64,000 nt of DNA from Mobula hypostoma (GCF_963921235.1 NC_086108.1:90584001-90648000); one strand, 5' to 3'; counted from the first letter of the stretch, positions 23,860-37,401 are shown. Numbers and translations are program-made. The notes: a model not told the origin generated them from the sequence alone.

Positions 23860-25030
23860 CTTGGACTTAAGATAGCATTCATGGTGGGATTTCCTTTACA
23901 GGATTAGCAAGAAGTATAGACGGGATCCATAGAAGGGATTCTCGTGTGCATGATGTACTGAGCTATGTTCACAACTCTTTCTTGTGGTCAAGTGCCGAGC
24001 AGTTGCCATACCAAACCACTTTACATCCAAGTAGGATGCTTTCTATGGTGCATTGAAAAAATAATTGGTAAGGGTTGACAGGGACATGCCAGATTTCTTT
24101 AGCTTCCTGAGGCAGTAGAGGCATTGGTGAGCTTTCTTTGTTATGAGATCAACATGGTTGGACCAGGGGAGGCTATTGGTGATACCCTTGCTCGGTCAGC
24201 TCAGAAGGCCTTTAAGGGTCAATTATTTTGTTGGGTCTGGAGATGTGAATCAGCCAGACTGGGTAAGACTGCAGAACTGATCAACCAGACCTGTTCTGGA
24301 TCCATCTCCCTATTTAGCAGATCTGGTGCCACAGAGTAGGATGCAAGGTGTCCTTGATGTGACGACTGAACTATTTCTTCACAATGACTATTCGGTGGTT
24401 TTATTTCTACCTGTTCTGTCATGGCAGAAGTATCTGCCAGAAGAAAACTGGTTGAGGACAATGTGAAGTAAGTAGATCTCTTGTGTTGGCTCACTCACTA
24501 CCTGCCACAGACCTGTTCTGGTAGCTATGACATGTAGGACTCAACCAGCTCAATGTGAATTGATGCTGCCTAGCCGCTCTCACTGATAACCACTAAAGTC
24601 CCCCATTCTGTTCACATGCTTCTAACGTTTCCCTTCCAAGTGTTGTTCAACATGAAAGAGTGCTGATTCATTAGCTTAGTGAGCACTGCTGATCAGGCAA
24701 CAGTGCCCTATGATCTGACGTTTGATCTGATGCCTTGAGATTTTATGGTATCTGAAACCAATGGTGAGGATGATTGTGATACTACTGTCTCATATGGATG
24801 TGCTGCCACTATAGATGGTCTGCTAATGGGACAAGATGTACCCAGTGACTGTGAAGTCCCTGGCACACTGTGTAGGTGGTATGGTTCTGTGAGTGAGATA
24901 ATGGCAAACTTTTGTCAGTTTGGCCTGTGAGGACAGTGGGACAATGCTGATAATTCATATGAGGAGAGTTCTGCAAGGTCAACTGGACGTGAAGCAAGTT
25001 TGTTATTCCAAATTCAGCATATAGCTCGGC
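23860..25030 (-). mobile_element. Old LINE fragments (Rex1/CR1-group)
   Basis: GCAGTTGCCATACCAAACC...GCTTCCTGAGGCAGTAGAGGCATTGG is Rex1-like antisense. The remainder is heavily decayed LINE-like sequence. Confidence 0.45.
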
Positions 25031-25455
25031 ATTCAGTTGTTTCCTAGGTTTATTCATTCTGTCTAAGAATGATACAAATCAGAGATTTGCTAGGTTCCTT
25101 CATAGAGCATTTAAGAGTCGAACCGATGGGCTGAATCTGGAGTCAGTTGTAGGATAATTTGAATGATGATTTCTTCCCTGAAGGGCGTTGTGAAATCATG
25201 TTAAAGCTTGATGACAATCTAGCAGTTTTCATGACTGTGGTATATGATGAGCAGTTGCTTATTTTTCCACCAAACTCCAAACTACTAATTGAATTTAAAT
25301 TACACAGCTGCCATGATGGAATTTGAACTCTGATTATTAGTTTAGGTTTCTGGGTTTTTAGTCTAGTGACTGTGACACATATAACCATATAACAATTGCA
25401 GCACGGAAATAGGCCATCTCGGCCCTTCCAATCCATGCCGAATGCTTACTCTCAC

Positions 25456-28255
25456 CTAGTCCCACCAACCTGCACTCAGCCCATAACACTCCATTCCTTT
25501 CCTGTCCATATATCTATCCAATTTTACCTTAACTGACAATATCGAGCCTGCCTTTACCACTTCTACTGGAAGCTCGTTCCACACAGCCACCACTCTCTGA
25601 GTAAAGAAGTTCCCCCTCACGTTACCCCTAAACTTTTGCCCCCTAACTCTCAACTCGTGCTCTGTTTGAATCTCCCCTACTCTCAATGGAAAAAGCCTAT
25701 CCACGTCAACTCTATCTATCCCCTTCATAATTTTAAATACCTCTATCAAGTCCCTCCTCAACCTTCTACGCTCCAAAGAATAAAGACCCAACTTGTTCAA
25801 CCTTCCTCTGTAACTTAGGTGCTGAAACCCAGGTAACATTCTAATAAATCTTCTCTGTACTCTCTCTATTTTGTTGACATCTTTCCTATAATTCGGTGGC
25901 CAGAACTGTACACAGTACTCCAAATTTGGCCTTACCAATGCCTTGTACAATTTTAACATTGCATCCCAACTCCTATACTCAATGCTCTGATTTATAAAGG
26001 CCAGCATACCAAAAGCTTTCTTCACCACCCTATCCACATGAGATTCCACCTTCAGGGAACTATGCACCATTATTCCTGGATCCCTCTGTTCTACTGCATT
26101 CTTCAATGCCCTACCATTTACCATGTATGTCCTATTTTGATTAGCCCTAACAAAATGTAGCACCTCACACTTATCAACATTAAACTCCATTTGCCATCTT
26201 TCAGCCCACTCTTCTAAGTGGCCTAAATCTCTCTGCAAGCTATGAAAACCTACTTCATTACCCGCCACCTATCTTAGTATCATCTGCATACTTACTAATC
26301 CAATTTACCACCCCATCATCCAAATCATTAATGTATATGATAAACAACATTGGACCCAGTACAGATCCCTGAGGCACACCACTAGTCACTGGCCTCCAAC
26401 CTGACAAACAGTTATCCACCACTACTCTCTGGCATCACTCATCCAGCCACTGTGAATCCATTTAATTACTTCAATATTAATACCTAACGATTGAACCTTC
26501 CTAACTAACCTTCCATGTGGAACCTTCTCAAATGCCTTACTGAAGTCCATATAGACAACATCCACCACTTTACCTTCGTCAACTTTCCTAGTAACCTCTT
26601 CAAATAATTCAATAAGATTTGTCAAACATAGCCTTCCACGCACAAATCCATGTTGACTGTTCCTAATCAGACCCTGTCTGTCCAGATAATTAGATATACC
26701 ATCTCTAAGAATACTTTCCATTAATTTACCCACCACTGACATCAAATTTACAGGCCGAGAATTGCTAGGTTTACTCTTAGAACCCTTTTTAAACAATGGA
26801 ACAACATGAGCAATATGCCAATCCTCCGGCACCATCCCTGTTTCTAATGACATTTGAAATATTTCTGTCGGAGCCCCTGCTATCTCTACACTAACTTCCC
26901 TCAAGGTCCTATGGAATATCCTATCAGGACCTGGAGACATATCCACTTTTATATTCCTTAAAAGCGCCAATACTTTCTCTTCTTTAATCATCATAGTTTC
27001 CATAACTTCCCTACCTGTTTCCCTTACCTTACACAATTCAATATCCTTCTCATTAGTGAGTATCGAAGAAAAGAAATTGTTCAAAATCTCCCCCATCTCT
27101 TTTGGTTCCACACATAGCTGTCCACTCCCACTCTGATTCTCTAAGGGACCAATTTTATCCCTCACTATCCTTTTGCAATTAATATAACTGTAGAAACCCT
27201 TTGGATTTATTTCACCTTACTTGCCAAAGCAACCTCGTATCTTTTTAAAGCTTTTCTAATTTCTAAGATTCTTTTTACATTCTTTATATTCCTCGAGCAC
27301 CTCATTTACTCCATGCTGCCTATGTTTATTGTAGATAGCTCTCCTTTTCCGAATCAAGTTTCCAATATCCCTTGAAAACCATGGCTCTCTCAAACTTATA
27401 ACCTTTCCTTTCAATCTAACAAGAACATACAGATTCTGTACCCTCAAAATTTCACCTTTAAATGACCTCCATTTCTCTATTGTATCCTTTGCATAAAACA
27501 ACTTGTCCCAATCCACTCCTTCTAAATCCTTTCACATCTCCTTGAAGTTAGCCTTTCTCCAATCAAAAATCTCAACCCTGGGTCCCGACCTATCCTTCTC
27601 CATAATTATATTGAAACTAATGGCATTGTGATCACTGGACCCGAAGTGCTCTCCAACACATACCTCCATCACCTGACCTATCTCATTCCGTAACAGGAGA
27701 TCCAACACTGCCCCTTCTCTAGTTGCTACCTCTATGTATTGCTGCAAAAAACTATCCTGCACACATTTTACAAACTCCAAACCATCCAGCCCTTTTACAG
27801 TATGGGCTTCGAGTCTATGTGTGGAAAATTAAAATCTCCCACAGTGACAACCTTGTGCTTACTACAAATATCTGCTATCTCCTTACAAATTTTCTCCTCC
27901 AATTCTCGCTCCCCATTGAGTAGTCTATAATACACCCCTATAAGTGTTACTACACCTTTCCCATTCCTCAGTTCCACCTAAATAGCGTCCCTAGATGAGC
28001 CCTCTAATCTATCCTGCCAGAGCACCGCTGTAATATTTTCTCTGACAAGCAATGCAACACCTCCCCCTCTTGTCCCTCCGATGCTATCACACCTGAAGCA
28101 ACGAAATCCAGGAATATTTAGTTGCCAATCACACCCCTGCTGCAAGCGTGTTTCACTAATAGCTACAACATCATACTTCCAGGTATCAATCCATGCTCGA
28201 AGCTCATCCACATTTCTTACGATGCTCCTAGCATTAAAATAAATGCATTTAAGAA
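25456..28255 (-). pseudogene. CR1 ORF2 (apurinic endonuclease + reverse transcriptase), disrupted
   Basis: YFNARSI, ISETRL, VGDFNFPHID, GSSDHN, QHGFVRGRLCLTNL, YMDFSKAFEKVPH, KYADDTK (about 26275-26295), YKALVRPNLEY. Several stops and frameshifts. Confidence 0.93.
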
Positions 28256-28354
28256 ATGTTCCACCTCTTTTGCTCTGTTTATCACTGATGGTGCAAGCAA
28301 CTTCACTATCTCCTTTTTCTTCCTTCTCCCTCTGGTTCCCCTCCCCTCTTGTAT

Positions 28355-29963
28355 CTAGTTTAAATCCACTGGAGCCTCTCTAGCAAACCTACCTGCAAGA
28401 ATATTTGTCCCCCTCCAGTCCAGAGGTAAACCATCCCGCCGGAACAGGTCCCACCTTCCCTGGAAAACTGCCCAATTATTTATAAATCTGAAGCCCTCCC
28501 TCCTGCACCATGTTTTCAGCCACATGTTGATCTGCGCTGTCTTACTATTTCTCCCTATACTGGAGAGGAGAAGATGGTGGCGCGACATAGCTCGCAGCGG
28601 CCACTCCTGTGGTGATTTCTGTTATTTGTCAAGTCGGGTGCCGTGCACAATCCTGATTTGATGGAGACGGATGTGAGAGCACGGAGGAACATCTGGTGAA
28701 ACTTCTGAAATGCCTGCTTCCCTGCTGCTGCTACTGTGCGATCCGAAATCTCCGGAGGGGAAGGCCCCGAGTCCTCAGCTTTGCTTGTTGCTCGGCGGCC
28801 GGGACGGGATCGACGCGCTCGGCAGAGGATGGTGCTCGGTGCTCGGTGTCGACGGGCTGGTCAGAGGCTCGAAGTTTTTGGATGCTGTTGGGTGCTTCCA
28901 ATGGTGCTGCATCGGCAAGTTTGCGGCTCTTGGAGGTTCATGGCAGGGAGAGTTTCTCCCTTGTACCATCTGCGTGAGATGGTGAGGCTATCGGAACTTT
29001 GAGACTTTTTTTTAATGTGCCCATGGTCTGCGCTTTATCAAGTCATGGTATTGCTTTGCACTGCTGTAACTATATGTTATAATTATGTGGTTTTGTCAGT
29101 TTTAGTCTTGGTTTGTCCTGTGTTTCTTGTGATATTCTGGAGGAACATTGTATCATTTTTTAATGCATGCATTTCTAAATGACAATGAATGAGGACTGAG
29201 TGTCCTCATAATCTAATCTAAACCCGCCTGCACGTGGCACTGGTAGCAATCCTGAGATTGCTATCCTGGAGGTTCTGTCCTTTAACTTGCCGCCTAACTC
29301 CCCGAACTCACCTTTCAGGACCTCATCACTCTTCCTACCCACGTCATTGGTCCCTAAATAGACCACGACTTCCGGCTGCTCACCCTCCCCCTTGAGAATA
29401 CTGAGAACTCGATCTGAGATGTCGCGGACCTTGGCACCAGGGAGGCAACAGACCATCTGGGATTCTCAGTCTCTTCCATAGAACCTCTTATCTGTCCCCC
29501 TAACTATCGAATCCCCTATCACTACTGCTCTCCTCTTTTCCCTCCTTCCCTTCTGAGCTGAGGTTCCAGTCTCGGTGCCAGAGACGCAACCACTGCAACT
29601 TGTCCCTGGTAGGTCGTCCCCATCAACAGTATCCAAAACGGTATACTTATTATTGATGGGAACGGCCACAGGGGTGCTGTGCTCTTTCTTTCTGTTTCCC
29701 TTCCCTCTCCTGACAATCACCCAGCTACCTGTCTCCTGACTCTTAGGGGTGACTATCTCTCTGTAACTCCTGCCTATTTCTGCCTCTGCCTCCCGAATGA
29801 TCCGAAGTTCATCCAGCTGCAGCTCCATTTCCCTAACTCGGTTTGTCAGGAGCTGCAGCTGGATGCACCTTTTACAGGTGTAGTCATCAGGGGCAATTGT
29901 GCTCGCCCTGACTTCCCACATACTGCAAACAGAGCACTCAACTGCCCTAACTGCTGCCTCCAT
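28355..29963 (-). pseudogene. CR1 ORF1 (zinc finger/leucine zipper + SGNH esterase), disrupted
   Basis: CSVC...CKRC zinc finger, heptad repeat, VVIGDSIVR, CLPGAKV, YLGTNDV and DGLP (for DGLH). Frameshifted and split by 28562-29220. Confidence 0.9.
28562..29220 (+). mobile_element. Non-autonomous retroposon (AAGATGG head, CTAAT-type tail), copy 2
   Basis: Starts GGAGAGGAGAAGATGGTGGCGCG and ends CCTCATAATCTAATCTA. Interrupts CR1 ORF1. Confidence 0.8.
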
Positions 29964-30111
29964 TATCTACTGTTAAGGTAATTTAATTAAAGGAACTTAC
30001 TCGGCCTTACCTCACTTGGAGTGAAGCTTGTCCTCAGCCTCCGCTCGCCGAAGCCTCTCGAGGCAAAGCCTCCCTACTCTTGTCTCCCACTACTCCGTCG
30101 CCTGCTCAGTT

Positions 30112-30392
30112 AATCTGCTCACTTTTTAACTCTTCCGCTGCCTCACGATCTGACTTTCTCGCGCTTCCGCAGTCTTACCCCATTCAACCGCCGAAGAAAT
30201 GACCGACCCTTCTCAATCTGCTCACTTTTTAACTCTTCCGCTGCCTCACAGTCTTCTGCAGTCGTGCCCCATCCAACCGCCGAAGAAATGACTGACCCTT
30301 CTCAATCTGCTCACTTTTTAAGTCTCCTGCTGCCTCACAGAACAACTTTCACAGGCTTGCACAGTCGTGCCCCATTCAACCGCTGAAGAAAA
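30112..30392 (-). repeat. Three tandem 89-103 bp monomers at the CR1 5' end
   Basis: AATCTGCTCACTTTTTAA begins at 30112, 30215 and 30304; each unit contains CAACCGC(C/T)GAAGAAA. Confidence 0.85.
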
Positions 30393-31059
30393 CACCTTGA
30401 AACCCTCTATCTCATTTTTGGACCCCTTAAGAAAAGTAACTGTAGAATATCTTTATGGTATTAGAAAATGGTGCTGATGGCATTTAATCTGTCATGATTA
30501 CATGGAACATTTTGAGTTCTGAAATCTGTTTTCTAAATGCATTTTTAAACATAGCAGGAGGAGTGACACACCTTACCCACTTCTTCTTTTCTGCCATCTA
30601 CCATGGAACCAAACTCCAGATAAACACTTTCGTGCAATATTTTCTCATACTTCTAAATGACAAAAATATATGAGACAGTTTTAAAATTAGTGATTGATCT
30701 GAAATCAGGTCTAATTGGCAGAACAGATCCAATTTAAACTATCCTCTTTGGTGGAAGATATGTTCTATCTTCAGTCCGGAGAAGTCAGGATGTTTTTCTT
30801 TCAATCCTATGCTATCATGTCCCAGGTACTCTGGATAGCAGAAGTATTTTCTTCCTGTCTTCTCAAACAACTTTATTACCATCTTGAATCTTTGGTCAAA
30901 CCAACATTTCACCTTCAAACCCAGTTTTGTGTAAACCTGCTTTGCAGTTGAATCTTAGATGTTCATGCATTTTTCTAAGCTGAGCTGTTAATATTTCAGG
31001 TGGAATCTAACCAGAGCTTTGTGACTCTCAGAACAAATTGTCTACCTTTACTTTCTGTC

Positions 31060-31195
31060 TTTCCCATTTATGACGAAGAGTCTTCTGCCTGAAATGTGAA
31101 TTGCCTTTCTCTTTCCACAGATGCTGCCTGACCCGTTGAGTGCTTTCCTCAATTTCTGTTTAGATTTCAGATTTCAAGCATCTGCAGTTTTTAGG
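31060..31195 (+). mobile_element. Old Penelope terminal repeat remnant
   Basis: ATGACGAAGAGTCTTCTGCCTGAAATG...CACAGATGCTGCCTGACC...AGCATCTGCAG. Confidence 0.6.
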
Positions 31196-31324
31196 TTTAC
31201 AGAATGTCAGAAACATATGCTAACTGACTAATCGGATGAAAAGTTTCAAGGTGGCTCCCTGAGGGCTAAGTCACGAAATTAGATGTACAGCTCCAGGTTT
31301 TTGAAGTAGAACCATATCAGAATC

Positions 31325-32200
31325 AAGTTTATTTATTTATTTATTTGTTATTTAGCGATACGGCGGCAGAGTAGGTCCTTCCAGTCCTTTAAGCCACATT
31401 GTACCAGCAACCCTTGAAAAACTCAATTAACCCTAACCTAATCTTGGAATAATTTTCAATAAACAATGAACCTACGGGGTACGTCATTAGACTGTAGGAG
31501 GACCGACATGTCATGAAATTTGTTAATTTGTGGCAGAAGTATAGTGCAAGACATAAAAATTACCATAAGCTACAAAATAAGTATATAGTGAAAAAGGTGA
31601 ATAATGAGGTGGTGTTTATGCATCATTCAAAAATCTGATGGCAGAGGGGAGAAGCTGTTTTTCAAACGTTGAGGGTGCTATTTAGGCTTCTGTACCTTCT
31701 CTGCAATTATAGTAACCTGGAAAGAGGGCAAGTCCTGGGTGGTGTGGGCCTCTAGTGATAGATGCTGTTTGAAGCACTGCCTCTTGAGGGTGTTGTGTGT
31801 TGTGCCCATGATGGAGCTGCCTGAGCTCTAATCCTCTGAAGGCTCTTGCAGTCCTGTGGCATTGGAGGCTCCTCACCGTGCAACTAGTCAGAATGAGCTC
31901 CATGTTACAACTCTAGAGATTTTCAAGCACCTTTGGTGACATACAAAATCTCCTCCAAACTTTTAATAAAGTAGAACTGCTGGCATGTCTTCTTTGTGAT
32001 TACATCAACGTGATGGTTCCAACATAGATCCTCTGAGATATTGGTGATCATGAGTTTGAAGCTGCTCACCTTTTCCATCAACGACCCCTCAATGAGGAAT
32101 GGCTTACGTTTTTTCTGACTTCATCTTCCTGAAGCCCACAATCAAGTTTTCGGTCTTGCTGACACTGAGTGTGGGTTTATTGTACAACAGTGCACTCTGA
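31325..32200 (-). mobile_element. V-SINE tail followed by Rex1/Babar-type LINE fragment
   Basis: (TTTA)n SINE tail to about 31505, then Rex1-like antisense (TASITRGPHHPGLALF; LSVSKTENLIVGFRK). Confidence 0.65.
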
Positions 32201-32669
32201 AAGTGACACAGCTCATTAGTTACATGAGGAAACAGACAACACAATGGAAAAATAGCAGCATTTTTTGAAGCCACACAAATTAAAAGCAGGAATAGAATTT
32301 CTTGGTTATAATTTCTTAAATAAAAATAAAATTCAGACAACTAAGATTATAATTGGAAGATCTGCAGTGTTATTAATTCCTTGAATTCCAGGCGCAGCAT
32401 CAACTTGGTTCTGAGGATCTGTCACTCTTTAGTGTTTTTTTCATTTTCTTCATTAGAGTTACTTTGATAATATTAATTTTGGTCAGGCCATCCCATAAAT
32501 ATTAACTTTCCCAGGATGTCTTGAACATTACCTCCTGTCTCTGCAATAAATATCAATGCAGAGTAGTCGTTAAGCACATCTGTCATTCTCTTATTGCTCA
32601 CTTAATCGTTAAAACACCCACCTTGTTCTTAAGCTCATAATTTTTCTTCATTTAATCTAAGGTTTTTAA

Positions 32670-34075
32670 TCAAGGTAAATCAAGGTGGTGATAAATTGGC
32701 ATTTCGGAGAGAGACTGAAAATCTGGTTGAGTAGTGCCACAACAACAACCGAAGCATTGATTATCGACTGGAGGAAGAAGGTAGAGGTCAATGAGCCAAT
32801 TCTCATGAGGGCAATGGAGGCGAGAGTCTGCAGCTTTAAATTCGTTGGTGTTAATGTATCAGAGGTTCTGTCCTGGGACCAGCACATAAGTGTCATCACA
32901 ACGAAAGCAGGGCAGCACCTCTATTTTCTTAGAGGATTGCACAGATTTGGCATGTCACCAAACACTTTGACAAAACTCTACAGAGCACAGTGGTGAATAC
33001 CTCATTGGTTGCATCATGGTCTCGTATGGAAATGCCAAAGCCCAAGACTGGAGAAGACTACAAAGAGTGGTGGATATCACTCGGTGCCTTACAAACAAAG
33101 CTGTCCCTACCATTGAGTACATTTACATAGAGTGCCACTACATTGTGGCAGCATCCATCGTCAAAGATCACCGCCATCCAGCCCATGCCTTCTTTTCACT
33201 GCCGACGTACATTCTAAAGGAAGTACAGAAGCTGGAGGCCTCATATCAGCAAGTTCAGGAATACTTATTACCAATGTTCCCTCTAAGGTGCGCGCGCACA
33301 CAACTTACACTACTCATGCACAAAGGAATTTAAAATGTGTACACAAGGTTGTTACCCTCTACCTCGTCGGCATGTTCATTATCTTGTTCGACTTTATGTC
33401 TCTTATGTGATTAAGCTACAAAATCTGTGCTGTATGCAGTGATCTCCAAATAAAATACATATCTGGATATTTTGTCAACTAGCTTTGTAATTTGACCATT
33501 TTATTTGACCATTTCAAACAACTTTATTAATATATGAAAAGATTGATATTATTACATGCTGTTGTATAGCATATGAAAAATAAGACTCATTGATGTATAT
33601 TGTTTTATTTCTTTTTAACAATGAACAACAAATTGGACTTGGTAGTTTATTAATCTTAGAAGAGCTTCAGGTTTACTTCCACTTAAGAATTCAGCACACA
33701 CATGTTGTTGTCATGGGGCAAAAAATTGCACGGCACAAGATTTTTGTGCACACTGGTCATTACAAATTAGAGAGAACATTAGTTATTACCCTACAACCAT
33801 CATGCTCCAGAACCTGCTTGGATAACTCCAATCACTACTCTGCACAACCTACAGAATCACTGTCAAGGACTCATTCTCAGTATTATTTTTTGTTATTTGC
33901 ACAATTGATCTTCCTTTGTACATTGTTTTTTTTTCAGTCTTTGTTTATGTATAGTTTTTGATGAACTGATATTCTTTGTCATTTTTCTCTGCAAGTGCTT
34001 GCAAAAATATGAATCTCAAGGTAGTTATGGTAATATATACATACTTTGATAATAAATTTACTTTGAACTTTGAAT
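32670..34075 (+). mobile_element. Rex1/Babar-type LINE 3' part, split by a hAT MITE
   Basis: ARVCSFKFVGVNVSEVLSWDQH...KAGQHLYFLRGLHRFG; RRLQRVV...AASIVKDHRHPAH; tail TACTTTGAACTTTGA. Confidence 0.8.
33272..33781. mobile_element. hAT-type MITE
   Basis: TIRs CAATGTTCCCTCTAA / TTAGAGAGAACATTA with an 8-bp TSD, CTTATTAC / GTTATTAC. Confidence 0.8.
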
Positions 34076-36842
34076 AAATAATATACTATATATAGGGGCT
34101 GCTTTCATGCAAGTTTAATGCTGACAACCAAGGACGAACTTATAGCCCGTGATCTTTATTGAAATTACTTACATGGCAAATGATTCTGCAAGATTAAGAA
34201 CCCTGGGTTACTTTTGTCAGAATCACAACCAGCACAAACGATACAACTATTTATTTGTGATTTATGTCAGTGCAAAATATCTTTTCATTGCAATATTCCG
34301 TTAACATAATGTAAAAGTTAAGAGGGTATTACAGTTTTAATTAATCCTCCTGATTAGAAATTTTAAGTGATATACTTACTGCAACCTATTACTTTTCACC
34401 TAATTGTAAATTGTAAATTAATTGGTTCTGTCCCCTTTTCAAGACTTGTTGCCAATTATGTTCATGCAGAGAATTTCAGGTGGACTTTGAATGATTGGAT
34501 TAATTGACTGGAGTAAAATAAGAACACATCAACTATTTCATTAGCATAGTAACAGATATATATGCATATCTCGTTGTCAGTTACCAAATCCCAAATGAAG
34601 TGTTTTTTTTTCAGAAATATACTGCAATGGTTTGATTGCTCATTAAAAAGGGATCTTTTACAGAGAACCACAAAGGGAAGCCCACTCACTATTCAATATT
34701 CATGCAGCATGTCACTTAAAATAATGCACGGTCATTGCTTGTTTCATTATGTGCCATGAATGCTGCCTTTGCGCTGTTTCATGTAAAATGTCTCAATTGT
34801 TAAAGCTCTAATATATTATATGTTTTTCTAAAATTATTTCAACCATGTCATAGCACTTTCATTGAATTGAATGGTTGGTAGAATGTAACTACTTTGTTAT
34901 GTTTTATTTGTGCTTCATCAACACAATTTAAGACTGAAGGAAGATACATTAAGAAAAGGTTGCAGACCAAATCATTCACTGAGAATAATTATTTTTAAAT
35001 AGTTTATTTGCTTATTTGCCAAATGCCTCTTCTAATTTAGAATCAATTTATTTCCTTGATCTATATTTTAGAAGTGTGTCTAAATCCAATTTGAGATTTT
35101 ATATTCATTTATTTAGTCTTTTTGTTAAAGATGAAGCATTATGCTGGGGGAATATTTGCTCCACTACTTCCCCATTTTTTAGCAAGTACTTTGAGTAAAG
35201 TATTTGGTCCCGAAAGAATGCTATGTTAAAAATGGAGTGTTGCACAAAATATATATATTGTTTTGTATTGATTAAATATGCATGATTTATTGTTAAGTAC
35301 TTTGTTCAGTCTTAGCAAGAAAGCTGTGCACTAAATGAAGTGTCATGGTTTTCGTAACTATGTGTAGTTGAGTGATAAATTATTTACTCTGCTTCGAAAG
35401 CAAAGCATGAAAATATTTTGTTGTAAATATTACCATCTGTACCTTAACTATTCTTTAATTCTGCAAAATATTACAGCCTCTTGCCCTCTGCCATCCAATT
35501 TCTATATGAGCCCATGAACACTACCTCACTTACTTTTCTGTTTTTGCACTACTTTTAATTTAACTATTTTATATTTTTACTGGAATGGATTGGTTTATTT
35601 TTCTATATTTATCATGTATTGCATTCTACTACTGCTGTTTAAGTTAACAAAATTTCAGGACATATGCCGATGATATTAAACCTGACTCTGATTCTGATTC
35701 TGACATTACGAAAATGCTAAAAAGTCTAACAGACTTTAGATATTACCTTTTGTTTTCAAATTTCAGAATACTGAACTCTTGATTGTGTAGATGAAATGAA
35801 AAAATACACATCAAACAAAGTAAAAACAAGGAAAAAACGCTTTCCTAACCTCTTCAGACCCCATTAAACTGTATACACCATTTAATAGCACCATTAAAGA
35901 TATTTTTGACAGGCTTTTAATTTTTTCCTTCAATTTTCTAAGTTCATTCCTGTATATAGCAATCTAGTACATAAATTAAATCCAAATAATTTATGCTTTA
36001 AATTGTATTTAGTTTATGCTGATTCTGACTTGTAAATCTGCTTCTTGGAAAATAGGGATATACTTGAGAGAAGTGGAATAACCATTTGGAATAGGGCAGA
36101 GAAAGATAATTCTGAGGATTTAGTGGATAATTTGAATTCTCCAGTCCAAAGTCTGTGGATGTTCAGTTATTGCCTAACTTCAAGATTGAGATCCATAGTC
36201 TTTTGCAGACAAAGGAATTGTAGTTTAAATTAGTGTGCGTCAATCTTTAAGAGCTAACTGTATTATTTGCTCCATTAGTTGAGAGTTACTGCATGCAATA
36301 AATAAATTTTTGGCTATGATTTTGCTGTTTGCACAAGCAGCAACAGAAAACAAGAATCGAGGCTTATACCAATTGTTCAGTGAAATAGACTTGAAGTTCA
36401 GAATCCTGTTGAAAGATAAAGCAAATTCAAGGGGATATGAGGATTGCTGCTCCTTCTCTTATGTTTGTTTACAAAGAGGGCTAATAACCCAGAAGTGGTA
36501 AAATACAACAGCGAACTTACTTTTCTAAAGAGCAGTGATGATGTCAGTATAGCAGGTGCATTTCAATAGTTACATGGAAACCATGTGATTATTTCTACCT
36601 AATGTTTGGTGATGAGAATGCTTTGCACTTTGGAATTGTGGAAGAGGATAAGGTCGGAGGCTTAAGAGAGAGTCGAGCAGCGAAATAAAATGATGTGACC
36701 TCCTAATTGTTGATTGTACAGACCTAATCCTAGACTGTGAGGACCTGGGTGGATTGAGAAAGGATCCAAATTTAAACTGGGGTGAAAGTAGTCATTTAAT
36801 AGATTATAGTTAATCAAAGCCTCCTTCATCTGTAAGTATGAT

Positions 36843-37401
36843 AAGCCTGTCCACCATCTACAAGGCTCAGGTCAGGTGTGTAATGAAATACTCTCCACTC
36901 ACCTGGATGAGTGCAGCTCTAAGACACTCAATAAGCTTGACACCATCCAGTACAAGGCAGCCCACTTGATTACTATCCCTTCCAGAAGCATCCAATCCCT
37001 CCACCATTGATGAACAGTTGCAGATGATAGCAGTGTGTACTATCTACAAGATGCGTTGCAACAACACACCAAAGTTCCTAAGGCAGCGCCTTCCAGACCC
37101 ATGACCACTACAATCTAGAAAGATGAGAACAACAGATACCTGGGAGCACCACCACTTGGAAATCCCCCTCCAAGGCACTCATCGTCCTGACTTGGAAACA
37201 TATTGCCATTTTTTTCAATGTTGTTCGGTCAATATCATGGAATTCCCTCCCTAACAGCTCTGTGGGTGTACCTACACCTCAGGGACTGCAGCGGTTCAAG
37301 AAGGCAGCTCATCACCACCTTCTTAAGGGCAACTAGGGATGGGCAGTAAATGCTGGTTTAGCTGGCGATGCCCACATCCCGTAAATGAATAAATAAAAAA
37401 A
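36843..37401 (+). mobile_element. CR1/L2-group LINE 3' end (distinct family)
   Basis: SLSTIYKAQVRCVMKYSPLTWMSAALRH, then by frameshift LDTIQYKAAHLI; ends GATGCCCACATCCCGTAAATGAATAAATAAAAAAA. Confidence 0.75.

Larger units (their letters stand above)
25378..30392 (-). mobile_element. Near full-length CR1 LINE (5' tandem monomers, ORF1, ORF2, 3' tail)
   Basis: Collinear ORF1, APE and RT peptides, with a 3' (TTATATGG)-like tail at about 25378-25395. Confidence 0.95.

Noticed and set aside
25456..26268. 270-aa ORF as an intact gene
   Set aside because: It is the C-terminal piece of a frameshifted CR1 ORF2.
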